From contig JAUCBJ010006609.1 in NCBI GenBank assembly GCA_032718475.1, forward strand, positions 1 to 46,346: 46,346 bases of DNA, given 5' to 3'. Each line of letters opens with the position of its first letter. Position 1 is the stretch's first letter. The notes under the pieces were generated by a model. That model was given only the letters and a program-made list of their open reading frames with translations. It was not told the origin of the DNA and did not search any database. This stretch comes from Nemertoderma westbladi. Its lineage: Eukaryota; Animalia; Xenacoelomorpha. A program made the position numbers and the translations under genes. Shown here piece by piece: positions 11,844 to 24,300 of the stretch.

Positions 11844-12743
11844 TCATAGATCAGCTTCCAGCTGTAGAAAAACAGAACGTTCTAGAATTTTAGATACAAT
11901 ACTTAAGATACTAACAGGTCTGTAATTACAGGGTTCTACTTTACTATTCTTTTTATACAGCGGAACAACCTTAGCTAATTTCAGTTCGTCTGGTACTACA
12001 TTATCTACGATGGAGTAATTAATAATAAAAGTAATAGGCACTTTAAGTACTTCAGCACCATCCTTAAGAAAACGGGCAGGTATTAGATCTAGACCGGTAC
12101 TTTTTGAGGCTGATAGGCTAAGTAGATTTTGAAAAACAAAATCCTCAGAAACGGGTTTTAAAAATAACTTTTCTGAATTTTGTAACTTTTCTAAATAAAA
12201 ATTATTTAGAGTTTCGGACCCTATACTATATTTATTACTTGATAACGGTAACTTCTTAACTAAATACGAGGCAACATTAGTAAAATAATTATTAAATAAA
12301 TTACTAACTAGAGTATGATCATGTACCATCTCACCATTATCTTGCAGAACAATATTCGATGTAGATTTAAGGTTTTTATAACCTAAAGATTTTAGGGTAG
12401 ACCATAGACTTTTAGGATTATCTTTATTCTCACTTATTTTGTTGTACAAATATTCAGATTTAGCTTTTTTTATTTCCCGTTGGACAAGGTTTCTATATTT
12501 GCAGTAATTATTATAATCAGCTAAAACACGGTATTTCCTAAATTTATACAAATAGTTATCTCTTTCTCTGATATTACTAAGAATACCCGAGGTCATCCAG
12601 GGCTCAGTGCGTTGTTTAAGACTAATTTCTTTAATTGGTGCTACAGTATTAAGTGACTTTAGAAATATATCTTTAAAAACAGTGTACGCAAGGTTAATGT
12701 CAGTGGCCTTAAAACAGGGTTCCCAGTCAGAATTAACTAACAA
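11844..12743 (-). pseudogene. LINE ORF2 fragment (APE-RT linker and start of RT)
   Basis: EPWMT...IRERD, KSTGLDLIPARFLK, AKVVPLYKK, NYRPVSILS. Confidence 0.85.
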
Positions 12744-14274
12744 ACTTAAAAAGCGTACCGATATAAAGTACCGATTAAAATAGGTTTAGTTTTAGGGAGT
12801 AAAAGTTCCACCAGTAAAACTTCGTCACAAGACTCTAAATCTTCCCTACGATTAAAAGCTAAATCACATCGAATGTAAGTACAGACACCACCGCCGTGTC
12901 TGTCCCTATCCTTACGTAAAACTACGTAATTATCAATATAAATTTCTCCATCAGAAACGCTATCATCGAGCCAAGTTTCAGAGATTGTTAAAACTGCTGG
13001 GTTGGATTTATTGATTAAAATACGAATTTCGGAAAGTTTGGGAAGCAGAGATCGTGCGTTTAAATGCAAAAAAATGCAGACCTTTTTTCTTAAAAAATTT
13101 AAAAGTTTCACTCTCAGCATCACTTGGAGTTTGCAGAGGCGATGTGAGGAATGAATCGTCGGTTTCTGATTCTAAAATAGTATCATGAAAGGGAAGTTCC
13201 GTAAAAATACAGCTATTGCAGAGAAAACTTGGCTCAAGATTGTTTCTGGTGGAGAATAAATTACTGCTATTCCTACGGTAACATTTTAAATGTACAAATG
13301 TGTCACAACTCTCGCATTGGACGATCTTACTCCGAGAGTTTGTTCCTCGCTGACAGACCTGCAGACGGGACAGTTGATCTTCGGGGCCCGCGTCCTGCTG
13401 GGTCCTGGGTTGGTCTCAATATCCCCAGCCAGAGACAGAAGACAGAGTTTGGCGATTAGGCCTCTAGTTCGTGGAGAGGAGACCCAAGATCTTCTTCCCC
13501 GACGAGAGCAGTAGAGGCTAAATCCACTCGTCAACCACATCTCCGTCGATTCGGCGCGGCAGTTCGAAACGGTAGCGACAGGTTCCGCAAACCAGTCCAA
13601 TACGGGTATTAGGTGGGTTGCAGGGTTACTCCGCGGATCGGATGGTTCTGCCACAACGAAACGGCCCAGAACGATGACAACTGTGGAGATTAAGAGTGGT
13701 GACATTGTGCTGTCTGGCTGTAGTCTGACTAAAAAGATAAAAACTGTATAGGCCTAGTACCGGTATCTTTCTTGGTCTTATTGTCGGCAGGCCTACAGCT
13801 TCAGCTGCTTATCTTCTTTACTTATCTAGTTCCCCCCCCCCCCCCCCCCCCCACACCCTTCACATATCGTGGGCTGAGAGTAAAAACCTTCTTTACTCTA
13901 TGGTGGCCCTGTACGGCCAAATAGAGTAATATTTTTTTTGTTCCCCCGACTTTTGCAAACTCGTTTGCACGACAATACTCGGGGAAACAAATCTAATTGT
14001 CGGGAGTGGTTTCTATACCAACAAACACCCAATCAAGTTTGTTTCCCCGACTTTTGCAAATTCGTTCGAACAACTTTACAAAACTCGGGATAACATTTGT
14101 TTTTTAACAAAAATAACATAAATTTATTTTACAAACCCGTTTCAGTAACCTTTTAGCTGTAACCTATAAGGCAGTAGAGGAAGGGCGCCACAATAACTCA
14201 CAATTTTGAACACACAGTAAACATTCAACCCTTTTTCTTTACTCCCCAACATAAAGCTGGTATCCACATCGCTG

Positions 14275-14620
14275 TGTTCGCGCAAGAATTTAAGAAATCG
14301 TAACATAGCAATTACTAGAAGAAGCCAGTCTATAGCGTGGCGTATGACCCACGGGTGTGGGAGACTGGATTCGGTTCTAGAGAAAGTTATTGCAGTAGGC
14401 TACTTTGTATTATTCAATTGATCACTACTATATAATCTCCGACAACTATATTTACTTTCGGGGGAATATTAGCAGTTCCGTTGGGGCGTGGCGCTTTAAG
14501 TATCACGCAGAGTTATGACTAACACTAATTACAACGAATGGTCATGAGACTACACAGTATTTACATTCTTTAGGAATGTATAATTATTCGCTCGCATTTC
14601 TACACTCACGTCACTGACAA
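14275..14620 (-). mobile_element. Truncated, diverged LTR of a related BEL/Pao family in inverted orientation
   Basis: The reverse complement contains TTCCTAAAGAATG, AGTCATAACTCTG, AAAGCGCCACGCCCCAACGGAACTGCTAATATTCCCC and TTGTCGGAGATTATATA, matching LTR positions ~15700-15855, and ends in the same GCGCGAACA terminus at 14275. Confidence 0.75.
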
Positions 14621-14873
14621 TCTCTAAAAGTCGCTAATTAACTATTAATAAATGCCACAAACTGACAAACTGCAACTTGATTTATTGTTGTACAAAAATG
14701 CCGCAAATTCTAAAAATATGCACTGTAATACAGTTACAGTAATATAATAATCAATAATCTGATAATTCCTTAATAATAAATTGACTTAAAAAAACGTTCT
14801 AAAAAAAGATCGATTAATTAAAAATTACTTAGGCCTATACTTATAAATTAGGTACATAACTAACTAAAAAAAC

Positions 14874-16071
14874 TGTAAAAGCTTTTGTGGGATAACTGAT
14901 TCGTTTGCCTTGCTAACCAGTTCCCCCCCAGTCGCTGAATACTCTAAAAGGGGATCTATAACTCGAATAGCGCAAGCTACCGGCTTATTGGCTGATTTGC
15001 TGTACGCAGGTATCTGGGCTCTGTTTAATCGGCCAACCAGCCTAGGAAGGTTGCGTCATAGCCCTGTTTTGTATCTCCCAATAGAATTTGAGTTAGCCTT
15101 GATTTTGACCTATCACAGAGCTACTGAACTGAAATTTTCCTATCTCACTGCTCTTTCTCTGTGTTGAACAGGAGCTTCGTGGAATAAGGGTAGTTGGTAT
15201 CCTCGTATAGAGAGTAGTCACGAGTTTTTCAAAGCCACGAAAGAACGGCTTTGTAGTGTTTTGTGCTTTCTGCTTTTTAGCCCAACACTAGTAGGTTTAA
15301 TTATAGGGACATATATCCTTTAACTGCTAAATATCACTTTGTGAATATCACTCTGCAATTTCGTAGTCACGATCACGACGTGACTCGGCTCAATCAATAC
15401 TGTATACTGCTATTTGTTGTCGGTTATTCATTATATTTGTTGATGAATTATTATATTGGAATAACGAGAAATAACCCCGAAAACCCAATATTCTTGATAT
15501 ACCGAAGGTAAGAGAGAAAGGTTACCTATAACGATTGTGACTTATGTTAAAGTGGTTTGAAGTGAATCTAATGTTATTTGATAGACCCTACATGAGTCAG
15601 TCTGTGTTCCTTTTATATGTGACTAAAATCAGTGAAGATTGGCAGATTAGTGTGCAGTATTGTGCAGCATTGTATATGAGTGAGTCTGTTAAAGAAGCAA
15701 TTCCTAAAGAATGCGCCATATATGTGAATTATAATTAAGCCATATCATTGTGAGTAGTTTAAGTCATAACTCTGTTTATATAGATAAAGCGCCACGTCCT
15801 AAAGGAACTGTTAATATTCCCCGAAGGTGAATAATATTGTCAGAGATTATATAATACTGTCAGTCGAATAATACATTAGGCTTACATAGCAATAAAATTA
15901 AGCCGTCGAACCCAATCTCCCGGGTATATCCAGCGGGTGAATGATCGCGCACAGATTGGTTTCGACTAGTGTAGTGAATCAAATACTTGTCATAGGCTAA
16001 AAGGCGATTTAATATCTAGAAGACATCCTAATTTGGCGGGTTAAACTGCCAAAGGTCTAAAAGCGCGAACA
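14874..16071 (+). repeat. 5' LTR (1198 bp)
   Basis: TGTAAAAGC...GCGCGAACA. Identical to 29688-30885 except for 4 transitions seen by eye (15170, 15178, 15747, 15772). AATAAA at 15891. Confidence 0.97.
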
Positions 16072-16083
16072 TTAAAGGATATA
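16072..16083 (+). promoter_or_regulatory. Non-tRNA primer-binding-site position, complementary to LTR 15312-15323 (candidate self-priming site)
   Basis: TTAAAGGATATA directly follows the LTR and lacks the TGG of a 3'-CCA tRNA PBS. Its reverse complement TATATCCTTTAA lies at 15312-15323 (and 30126-30137). Confidence 0.55.
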
Positions 16084-16149
16084 GCTTCTTTATTGCAGTA
16101 AGCAATAAAGTTGAAAGTACCGGTCAACCGGTAAACCTGAACGGTACAT

Positions 16150-16264
16150 CTGTAGGTCAGTAGGCCCAACTGCCAGAACCGGTACTGCCGTAGGTCCGTA
16201 GGTCCAACTGCCAGAACCGGTACTTCTGTAGGTCCATAGGCCCGACTGTCCTAACCGGTACTTC
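16150..16264 (+). repeat. Three ~38-bp tandem repeats in the BEL leader
   Basis: GTAGGTC(A/C)GTAGG(C/T)CCAACTGCCAGAACCGGTACT twice, plus a third degenerate unit. Confidence 0.85.
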
Positions 16265-16440
16265 CAGTATAAGTACATTAGTATTATTCGATTTTGATAA
16301 TTATATACCGGTAGGCCTTAATAATTAATCAGGGACTGCAGCCCTGGTTTTTTATTGAGATTTTTACTTATTTCTGTCAAGTTTTATTTGTTTGTAGGCC
16401 AGTATTGAACAGAAGGCGTGTAAGCCTGATCAGATTGTAC

Positions 16441-17015
16441 AGACAATTTGTAGGCTGAGCTGTTGTCTGATTGCTGTTAAGTCTGAATGGATTGCAGTGT
16501 GTGTAGATCACCTGTCCGATAAAGAACGGTTAGGAAGTAGGGGCAGCGAATGCTGTAAGGTAAATCCCCAATTAAAGAATGAGTCGTACTACTGGGTTAG
16601 AACGCATACTACCTAATTATTTCGGAGTCTGCATGTCCTGTAGTTTATTTAGGCTTGAGAGTAGTCTGCCATCGTTTAGTCTGTACTTTGTTTGTGTAAG
16701 TCTGTACGGGTAGCGTATAATATTTATTTAGATAATTTGTAGGCTGGATAGTTGTCTGGCTGTTATTAGGTCTGAACGGATTGCAGCGTATGTAGATCAC
16801 CTGTCCGATAAAGAACGGTTAGGAAGTAGGGGCAGCGAATGCTGTAAGGTAAACCCCCAACTAAAGAATAAGTCGTACTACTGGGTTAGAACGCATACTA
16901 CCTAATTATTTCGGAGTCTGCATATACCGTAGTTTGTTTAGGCTTGATAGTAGTCTGTCAGTGTTCGGTCTGCATTTTGTTTGAGTAGTTTGTACGCGTA
17001 GCGTAATATTTATTA
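16441..17015 (+). repeat. ~289-bp tandem duplication in the BEL leader
   Basis: GATCACCTGTCCGATAAAGAACGGTTAGGAAGTAGGGGCAGCGAATGCTGTAAGG at ~16506 and ~16795, with colinear flanks. Confidence 0.9.
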
Positions 17016-18334
17016 TTCAGAGTTTATGCGATTATTCGCAACATTCATTCCCCAAGTTTGTTCCTACAGTAATTGTGTTTGTTATACATACTGCTATAGT
17101 TAAATTAACCCCGGTACTACACGGGCTGCTTGGCGTAGGTAAAGACTGGTGATTTTGTGCATCGGTCACTCCAGCAGATGCCGTGGTTCTTTTAGCTGTT
17201 CAAGTATATTTAACTACAGATTATATGTTATACAAGTACTCGTACCTAATTTAGGGTTTAGTGTACAGTGCTTTCCGAAAGTAATTAGTGCAGGCATTAC
17301 ATTTGTATTGTAAAGTGGTTGATAGGCACGTTCGATTAGCTCTATTAACTTCTAGGTAGGAACACTCCGTGATACATAACGTAGAACCTATAGCGATACG
17401 GCTATAGGTCGTCAGGCGGTGGTATTTTCCTATCTGGACAACGCAGTGTATTTACTACTACTTATTATTTCAAATACCGTAGTACCCTGTCCGTTGTAAT
17501 AACCAGATTTCTAACCCTTTGTTAGGCTGGTTTGTAGACTTCTTGTAAAATTACCCTAAAAATTCGTATTTTGTGTTTTTTGTAAATTTTTGTGTTTATT
17601 TAGAGATTGTAATCTCACCCGAATTGTACGTAATTTGTAGTATTAAGTAACTTAGGTAAATTAGTATTATTTGTTTTAGTGTCCTATAAGTAACACTTCA
17701 CTGAAAGCGCACCGCTTTGTGTAGTGATTACTCCCCAGAAATAATAACATTTATTTCAAACATTGACAAAACCCATTAAAACGGGTATATATATATTATA
17801 AATCAAATCTAACGATTTATAAATCGTAGGCCTACCATACAACCATTAGGTCTCAATATCAGTTGGACTACTGTTCAAATAACGGTAATAAAGTAAGTAA
17901 AGTAACAAAGTAACCCTAGCATTCAGAAATTCAATTACTTAAAATAATTGATATACCGGTATTTACGATAGGCCTATTATCTTTATTTCTATAAATCTAG
18001 GCTGAAATTATACCGGTACTTGTAATTAATTCTATTCCAGAATTATATATACTACAAACTGTAAGCTGTATACCGGTATTCCGTTAGGCCTATTATATAT
18101 TTATATATATTTGTGCTAAAATTATACCGGTATTCTGTGATAAACCTAGTCTGTAATAATACTTTTATAGTTATATATACTATAAGCATACCGGTGTTCT
18201 AATATATTATATATATATCCTACTACACTGAGTAGCAGTACCGGTAATTAATTACTAGGCTATCAGTTAATACTGAGTTACTAGACTTGCTCAGACTGTA
18301 ATACAGCAGTAGACATTCAACTGTATACATAAAC

Positions 18335-21300
18335 ATGTCTGATACTAAGCAGAACCTGTCAGACAGTTTATTAGATGTAACTATCTGCGACTCAGATAGA
18401 GGCGTAGAACCTTCTAGTCGTAAGTTCAGTTCACCTCCCACTGTGAGGAAAGTCATCCCTCCAGTAGTAATAAAAGAACCTAGGCTGGTCCAACATCGTA
18501 GGTCTATCATAGGCACTCGAGCTCAGGTCAAGCGGGACCAAGAAGCAGCGGAACAGCAACAACCCGCGAGCCAAGAACTTACTTCTCAACGGCCCGACAG
18601 CTCCAGTAGTGAAGATACGGTAGAACTGACACCCGAACGCGGAGCAAGGATGACGGATGAGGCTTATTCAGATCCCCTTCTCATCCTTCCTGCAGCCGTA
18701 CTCACTAGGTTATTGATCGCTGTGGAAGAACACCAGATCGATTGGGCGAGAAGCCAGCGTTCAACTAGAGATAGCTATGCTGGATACACAAGGGAAGAAC
18801 TGAAGTCCATGGTTGAGTTGCAATGGAACTTTCCCGGACCCGGACTCCCGTTTGATTTATCCGAAGCTGCCTGGGAAGACATACACCGGATGGGAGTAGC
18901 CGAGGAAACCATAGATCCAGCTGTGTGGAAGAGGTCCGCAGCCGGATACGCACAGGGATTCTTCAGCTCTATGGAGCGAGTAGAAAAACAACTGTTACAA
19001 CAACCTCAAGGACCTCAAGAGCAGGGACAGCTGCTTTATCAAGTAAGAGAAAGAATTCTACGAATCAGGTTAATATTATCGGCCTTTGAGGAGGCTTCTA
19101 AACGAAGACAAGACACGTCGTTGCAAGTTGCCGTAAAGACTTGGTTTCAACGGGTGAGTCGCCAGGTTCAAGGAGCAGCTCAGTGGAAAGCTCAGCTGGA
19201 GGAGCGCTCAACCCATGGAGAATCAACGGACGCTACTTTTTCCCAAGTGGAAAGTGAAGCGACGGCAGAGAAACCGCATAAGAAGGATGCCATTGACATC
19301 TATCTGTCAGACTATCAGCGTTTTTTGGGAGATGAAGAGTTGAGGAGAAGGCTAGATGGACTTAGCCCTAATAGTGAAGGAGCCCAACGTGTGTTGGATG
19401 CAATAGATGTAGATAGGTTAGCGGCGAACCAAGCTAAATTCGATGAACAACTCCGCATCGCTAGAGAAAAGGAAGAACAAGTAATTAAAAAACGTATAGA
19501 AGACAGAAAGATAGCAGCAGTGGCAGAGGCAGAAAGAAAGGCGACCTTGGCAGAAGCAGCGGCAGAGGCAAAAGCGACAGCGGCAGAGGCAAAAGCGGCA
19601 GCGGCAGAGGCAAAAGCGGCAGCGGTGGCGGATGCAGAACGGAGAGCGGCTGAAGAGATCACCCAACTGGAGTTGGAAAATCTTCAAGAGAAGCAAGACG
19701 ACTTCAGTAAACAGTTAACAGCTAGTAATATGCAGATGATGAATCGATCTACTCCCAAAAGACAGGGATATACATCATCTGAAGAAGGCGATACCACCGA
19801 TACTGAAGGCAAAGGAAATAGATCTCATCTAAGCAGACGTAAAAGAACATTCCACCGTCAGAAATTGCCTGATTTGCCTCCAGCTGTTAGAAGGCAACTA
19901 AATAACACCAACTTAGGCAGTACAGAACCCACAGACCAAATAATTAAAATAGAAAGACTCCCTACTATAGTAGATGAGCCTGAAATAATTAGGCCTGTTT
20001 TTGAAATCACCCCTTCGGTGATAGACACACCTGTGCTCCCTGAAGCTACCTCTACATTCCCTCTGCATAGCACTAAGCTACCTGTGCCCAGTAGAACTGC
20101 CCTGAAGACAGTTCAGGTCCTGGACCCCGAGCGAAATATTACTGATTTGTCGCCCGTTGTCCCTCGTCTGCCCGCTACGACGTTGGCGGATCCCGTTTCG
20201 GCGGTTGATTGGGTGGACGAGAGACGGCGGGGGATGGACATTCTCCTCGGAAAGATGGAGGAGAATCAAGCACGCTCCTCTCAACAGGTCCGAGAGTTAG
20301 AAGGGACTGTTCAACAGTTAAAGGGCACAGTAAAGGAAAGTAAGCTAGAGTTGCAAGAAGTGCAGCAAAATATCGCGCTAGAACGCGATAAATTAGTAAA
20401 TTTACAAAAGGGTATACCACCACCCCCTGTAACAATGTGTCAACCTGTTAGGTCTGAAATATCTCATGCGCAAGGTGTGGAGCCTACACGCATCTATACT
20501 GCTAGCGAAGTAGAAACTCCTATAGTGAACCCTATTAAGGGTAATTATAGACCTGTTGTTAATGACATTCCCTATAGAACTGATCATAATCCGAGAAATT
20601 TATATACCGATAACTCGATATTGAATAACACGATGGCCCAAGAAAGTTTTACGCGTCAAATGGCTAGAACCGAAGCCCGGCAAGCGGTAAAGGTGGGAGA
20701 GATCGTCAAGTTCAATGGAGATGAGATGAAATGGTTACCTTTTAATGAATATTACAAAGATAACATACAGAACTCTGTCCTATCTAATGGAGAAAAACTT
20801 AGATACCTCATCGAGTGCTTGGAAGGATCTCCCAAGTTAATGGCGTTAAAGTTTATTGGACATCCAGACGGATTAAGACAAGTTTGGGATACACTAAACA
20901 TCAGGTATGGTAATAGGAATAACATCGCTGGGTATTTGTATGCAAAGTTGGTAGCGCCCCGAAAGTTTATTAGCAGCGGAATTATCGAGTTTTCCGATGA
21001 GATTCAGGAGATCTGTAGACAATTAGATTGGCTAGGTAAGTCTCAGGAGTATCAGAATGCTATGGTTATTAGAGCAGTGGCTTCTACTTTACCGAAGGGT
21101 GGAGTAGGTACACGCTGGGATAAGAAAGTGCTATATATGATGGAACAACAACGACGAGACCCTACCATGGCTGATCTCATGTCATTCCTAGATGGAGAAG
21201 TGAAATTACAGCTCCTGAAACTGTCTAGAGAAAAGACACCGGAAAACAAGGTAAGTGAAAAACCCGTCTCTAGGAGAAAGGTAACACCAGTGTGTTATAC

Positions 21301-24300
21301 AGACGACGGCGAAAGCCAGACTTCTCAAGGAGAAGATAGCGGGAAAGACACTGATAGATCTTATTATGTCAATAAAATGCCTAAAGATCAGGTGAGTAAA
21401 TTCAAGTCTCGAGCAAATGACAGGAGAGAACAGGTAAGAAAAACTCCTCCCACGTCTCCCAAGAGAATTCCGGTGAGAAAGCCCGAAGAAAAGGCAAGTG
21501 TACACAATGTGACTCAAAATAAGGTAAGTAACATCAAACCGAAATGTGCGCTGTGTGACGGGACCCACCGTTTGAATATGTGTGATGAATTCCTGAAGAA
21601 GTCATTAACGGAGAGACGCGAAGTCATGTGGGATAAGCGGTTATGTTATAATTGCCTCAGACAAGGACACCAACGACGAACCTGTTTCTCTGACATAAGG
21701 TGTGCAAAGTGTGGTGTGAAACATCATATCTTGTTGCACGCTGAATTCGAGCGAAATAGTCCGAATCAGGTAAGTGATTCCGAGCTACATGTCCAATTCA
21801 GTGATGTGAACGACACTGATCAATCTGAGATGGAAGGATTATATACAGACGAGTTCTCCGACGAAAACGAATCCTGTTACATGATAAATACCGCAGTGTA
21901 TCGAGCACTCACATATGAAAAGGATCCAGACAACGACTTCACTCTAACTACTTCTGAGCGACAACCATCTTGGAAAGAGCCATCTTCCAATGTAGGGATC
22001 CGAGAGTTTCCTGTGGTGCAAGTAAGGGTTCACGGACCTAAGAGGAGTTATGTAGTGAACGCCCTCCTTGACTCCGGTAGTACAGGAACATTCATCGACA
22101 AAGAGCTAGCCGAAGATATATTTGCTGGACAACCCAAGTTCCAAACTAAGCTCAACATGTCCGGCATTATGCAAGTTTGGAAATCTACAATAACAGCGGA
22201 TTATTATGTAGGAGCATTGTCCACCCCCCAGGACGAACTAGGAGAACATAGCATAAGGTCAGTGAAAATGGTGGCTATAAAGAACTTCGCTACTACTCAA
22301 GCAGACCTTTATAATTGGGACGAGGATGAGAGCATCCAACATCTTAACATACCTCGATTCCAGACTGATTATCCTGGAGTGCAAATACTCATCGGCCAAA
22401 ACGCGCATGAGGCGCTGGAGACATTAGAGAAACGGCCTGCTCAACCGCAGCCCCTACAGACCTATGCGGTAAGAACTAGAGTAGGTTGGTACTTTACTGG
22501 CCCTTCCCGTAGAACACTCAAAGAAAGACTACCGCAAGAGCGCGTCTGCCAGGTGAGTGAATGGGAAGATGATACTAGTGAAGGAGACGATTTAACTGAG
22601 GGAACTCCATACTCCTCAGATAACGACGACGTTCACCAGCTTTTTGATGAGGAGAATACCATCGATCTCCTTAAGGAAAACGAGGCTTGGCAAAACCAAG
22701 TTAACTTATGTCAACTTCTCTATCCATCTGAACGAGAAGCTTATAACGACGAGTTAAATGACGTCATTGAGCGTTGCAATGCCAAGACTCGAGATGAACA
22801 TGCTGTACGATTCTTTACGCAAGAGGCGGTAGAGCCCAATTCCTACGATAAAGCCTTATCAGTCGAAGAGGAAAGGGCCAAGCAGATCCAAGAGACAACT
22901 ACACGTTTTCTAAAAGATCAAGGTAGGTATGAAGTCGGTCTACCTTTCCGCAAGAGAGAACCGAAGTTCATCAATAACAGACCCTTGGCGGAAAAAAGAA
23001 TCGCGCAACTCCATCGACGCCTTACGGCTAATTCTTCAGCTAAAGCAATGTATCAAACACAGCTGGAAAAATTTATTAGTAAGGGATACGCGGAGAGAGT
23101 ACCGGAAGAAACACCTGTGACTGAAAGAACGTATTACTTAACCCACCATTACGTTCCTAAACCCGGTAAGCCACATGAAGTGAGAGTAGTGTTTGATGGC
23201 TCCGCTCTTTACATGGGTCAATCCCTTAACTCTGAATTGTTACCCGGACCCAACTTACTTCAATCTTTGTTGGGAATTCTTTTAAGATTGAGACAATATT
23301 CGATTGCTTTCGCCTCCGATATAGAAGGCATGTTCTTACAAGTCAAGGTGTTAGATAGGGATCGAGATAGTCTACGATTTTTGTGGTGGCCCGAAGGAGA
23401 CCTCAACCAGAAACCGGTGGAGTACTGGATGACCATCCAGGCCTTTGGGATAATCTCAAGCCCTTCCAACGCCTTTTCGGTAGTGCGTACCACTGCAGAG
23501 GACAACCGAGAGGCCTTCTCTAAGGAAGTGATCGACAACATCAAGAGAGACTTATATATGGACGACAATCTGAAGTCCCTTCCATCAGTTGAGGAAGCCA
23601 TTGAGGTAGCTAAAGGAACGGTAGAGTGCTTAAAAAGAGGTGGGTTTCGATTAACGAAATTCACCAGCAACTCCCGTGAGTTTCTGGAGTCGATCCCTGC
23701 GGAAGATCGGGGGGCGAAAGATCTAGATTTGATCAAAGATGATCTACCAGAAACCAAGACACTCGGCTTGAAATGGGACACAGAGCGAGATATCCTGTTT
23801 TTCCAGCTAAAACAGCGAGATAATCCAGTTCGAACCAAACGGATTTGCTTAAGTATACTGAGCACTTATTTCGATCCATTGGGATTTATTAGCCCAGTTA
23901 TATTGATTGCTCGTAGTTTGGTACAACAAATGTGGCTTGAAAACCACTCATGGGACGATCCACTTAAGGGAGAATTATTGAAGAAGTGGATGAAATGGGA
24001 AGATTCTCTGCCATCTATCGAGGATTTTATAATTTCCCGTTCATATTTTGGTCATGTTCTCCCTACGTATTCCTATCAACTCCATGTGTTTGGAGACGCC
24101 AGCGATATGGGAATAGGTATAGTAGCCTATCTAAGGGTGGAAACTCCGGATGGAATCAAAGTCGCCCTGGTTACTTCTAAGGCATTAATCAACAACAAGT
24201 TGAAAGTTCCTCGAGCGGAGTTAAAAGCGGCTCTATACGCTACAGCCATCGGCCGGAATGTAACAGAACAGATTGACTATCCATTAGAGAAAACTGTCTA

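Larger units (their letters stand above)
10779..13740 (-). mobile_element. Decayed non-LTR retrotransposon of the CR1/L2 group (Crack-like) with ORF2 order 2A-like peptide, PHD finger, APE endonuclease, RT; 3'-truncated
   Basis: LAGDIETNPGP; frameshifted PHD (CPVC...QCESCDTFVHLKC...FLCNSC); APE motifs HLNARSL, ISETWL, RKDR..GGGV, with the C-terminal half of APE deleted at ~12750; RT motifs NYRPVSILS, GVPQGSILGPLLF, LYADD and NKLSIHYGKTESILFGS. Frameshift near 11700-11845; no 3' tail. Confidence 0.9.

Noticed and set aside
13831-14100. Poly-C run and repeated CCCCGACTTTTGCAAA with inverted partners
   Set aside because: Probably a fragment of a small TIR element, but ends and TSD could not be defined.
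14910-15738. ORFs of 85 and 64 aa duplicated at 29625-30552
   Set aside because: They lie inside the LTRs, so their identity reflects LTR duplication; no protein motifs.
15780-15855. HDV-like or hammerhead ribozyme in the conserved LTR block
   Set aside because: Could not build the nested pseudoknot pairings or find a CUGANGA/GAAA core by eye; needs an Infernal search.
16150-16264. 38-bp repeats as a CRISPR array
   Set aside because: Contiguous tandem units without spacers inside a retrotransposon leader.
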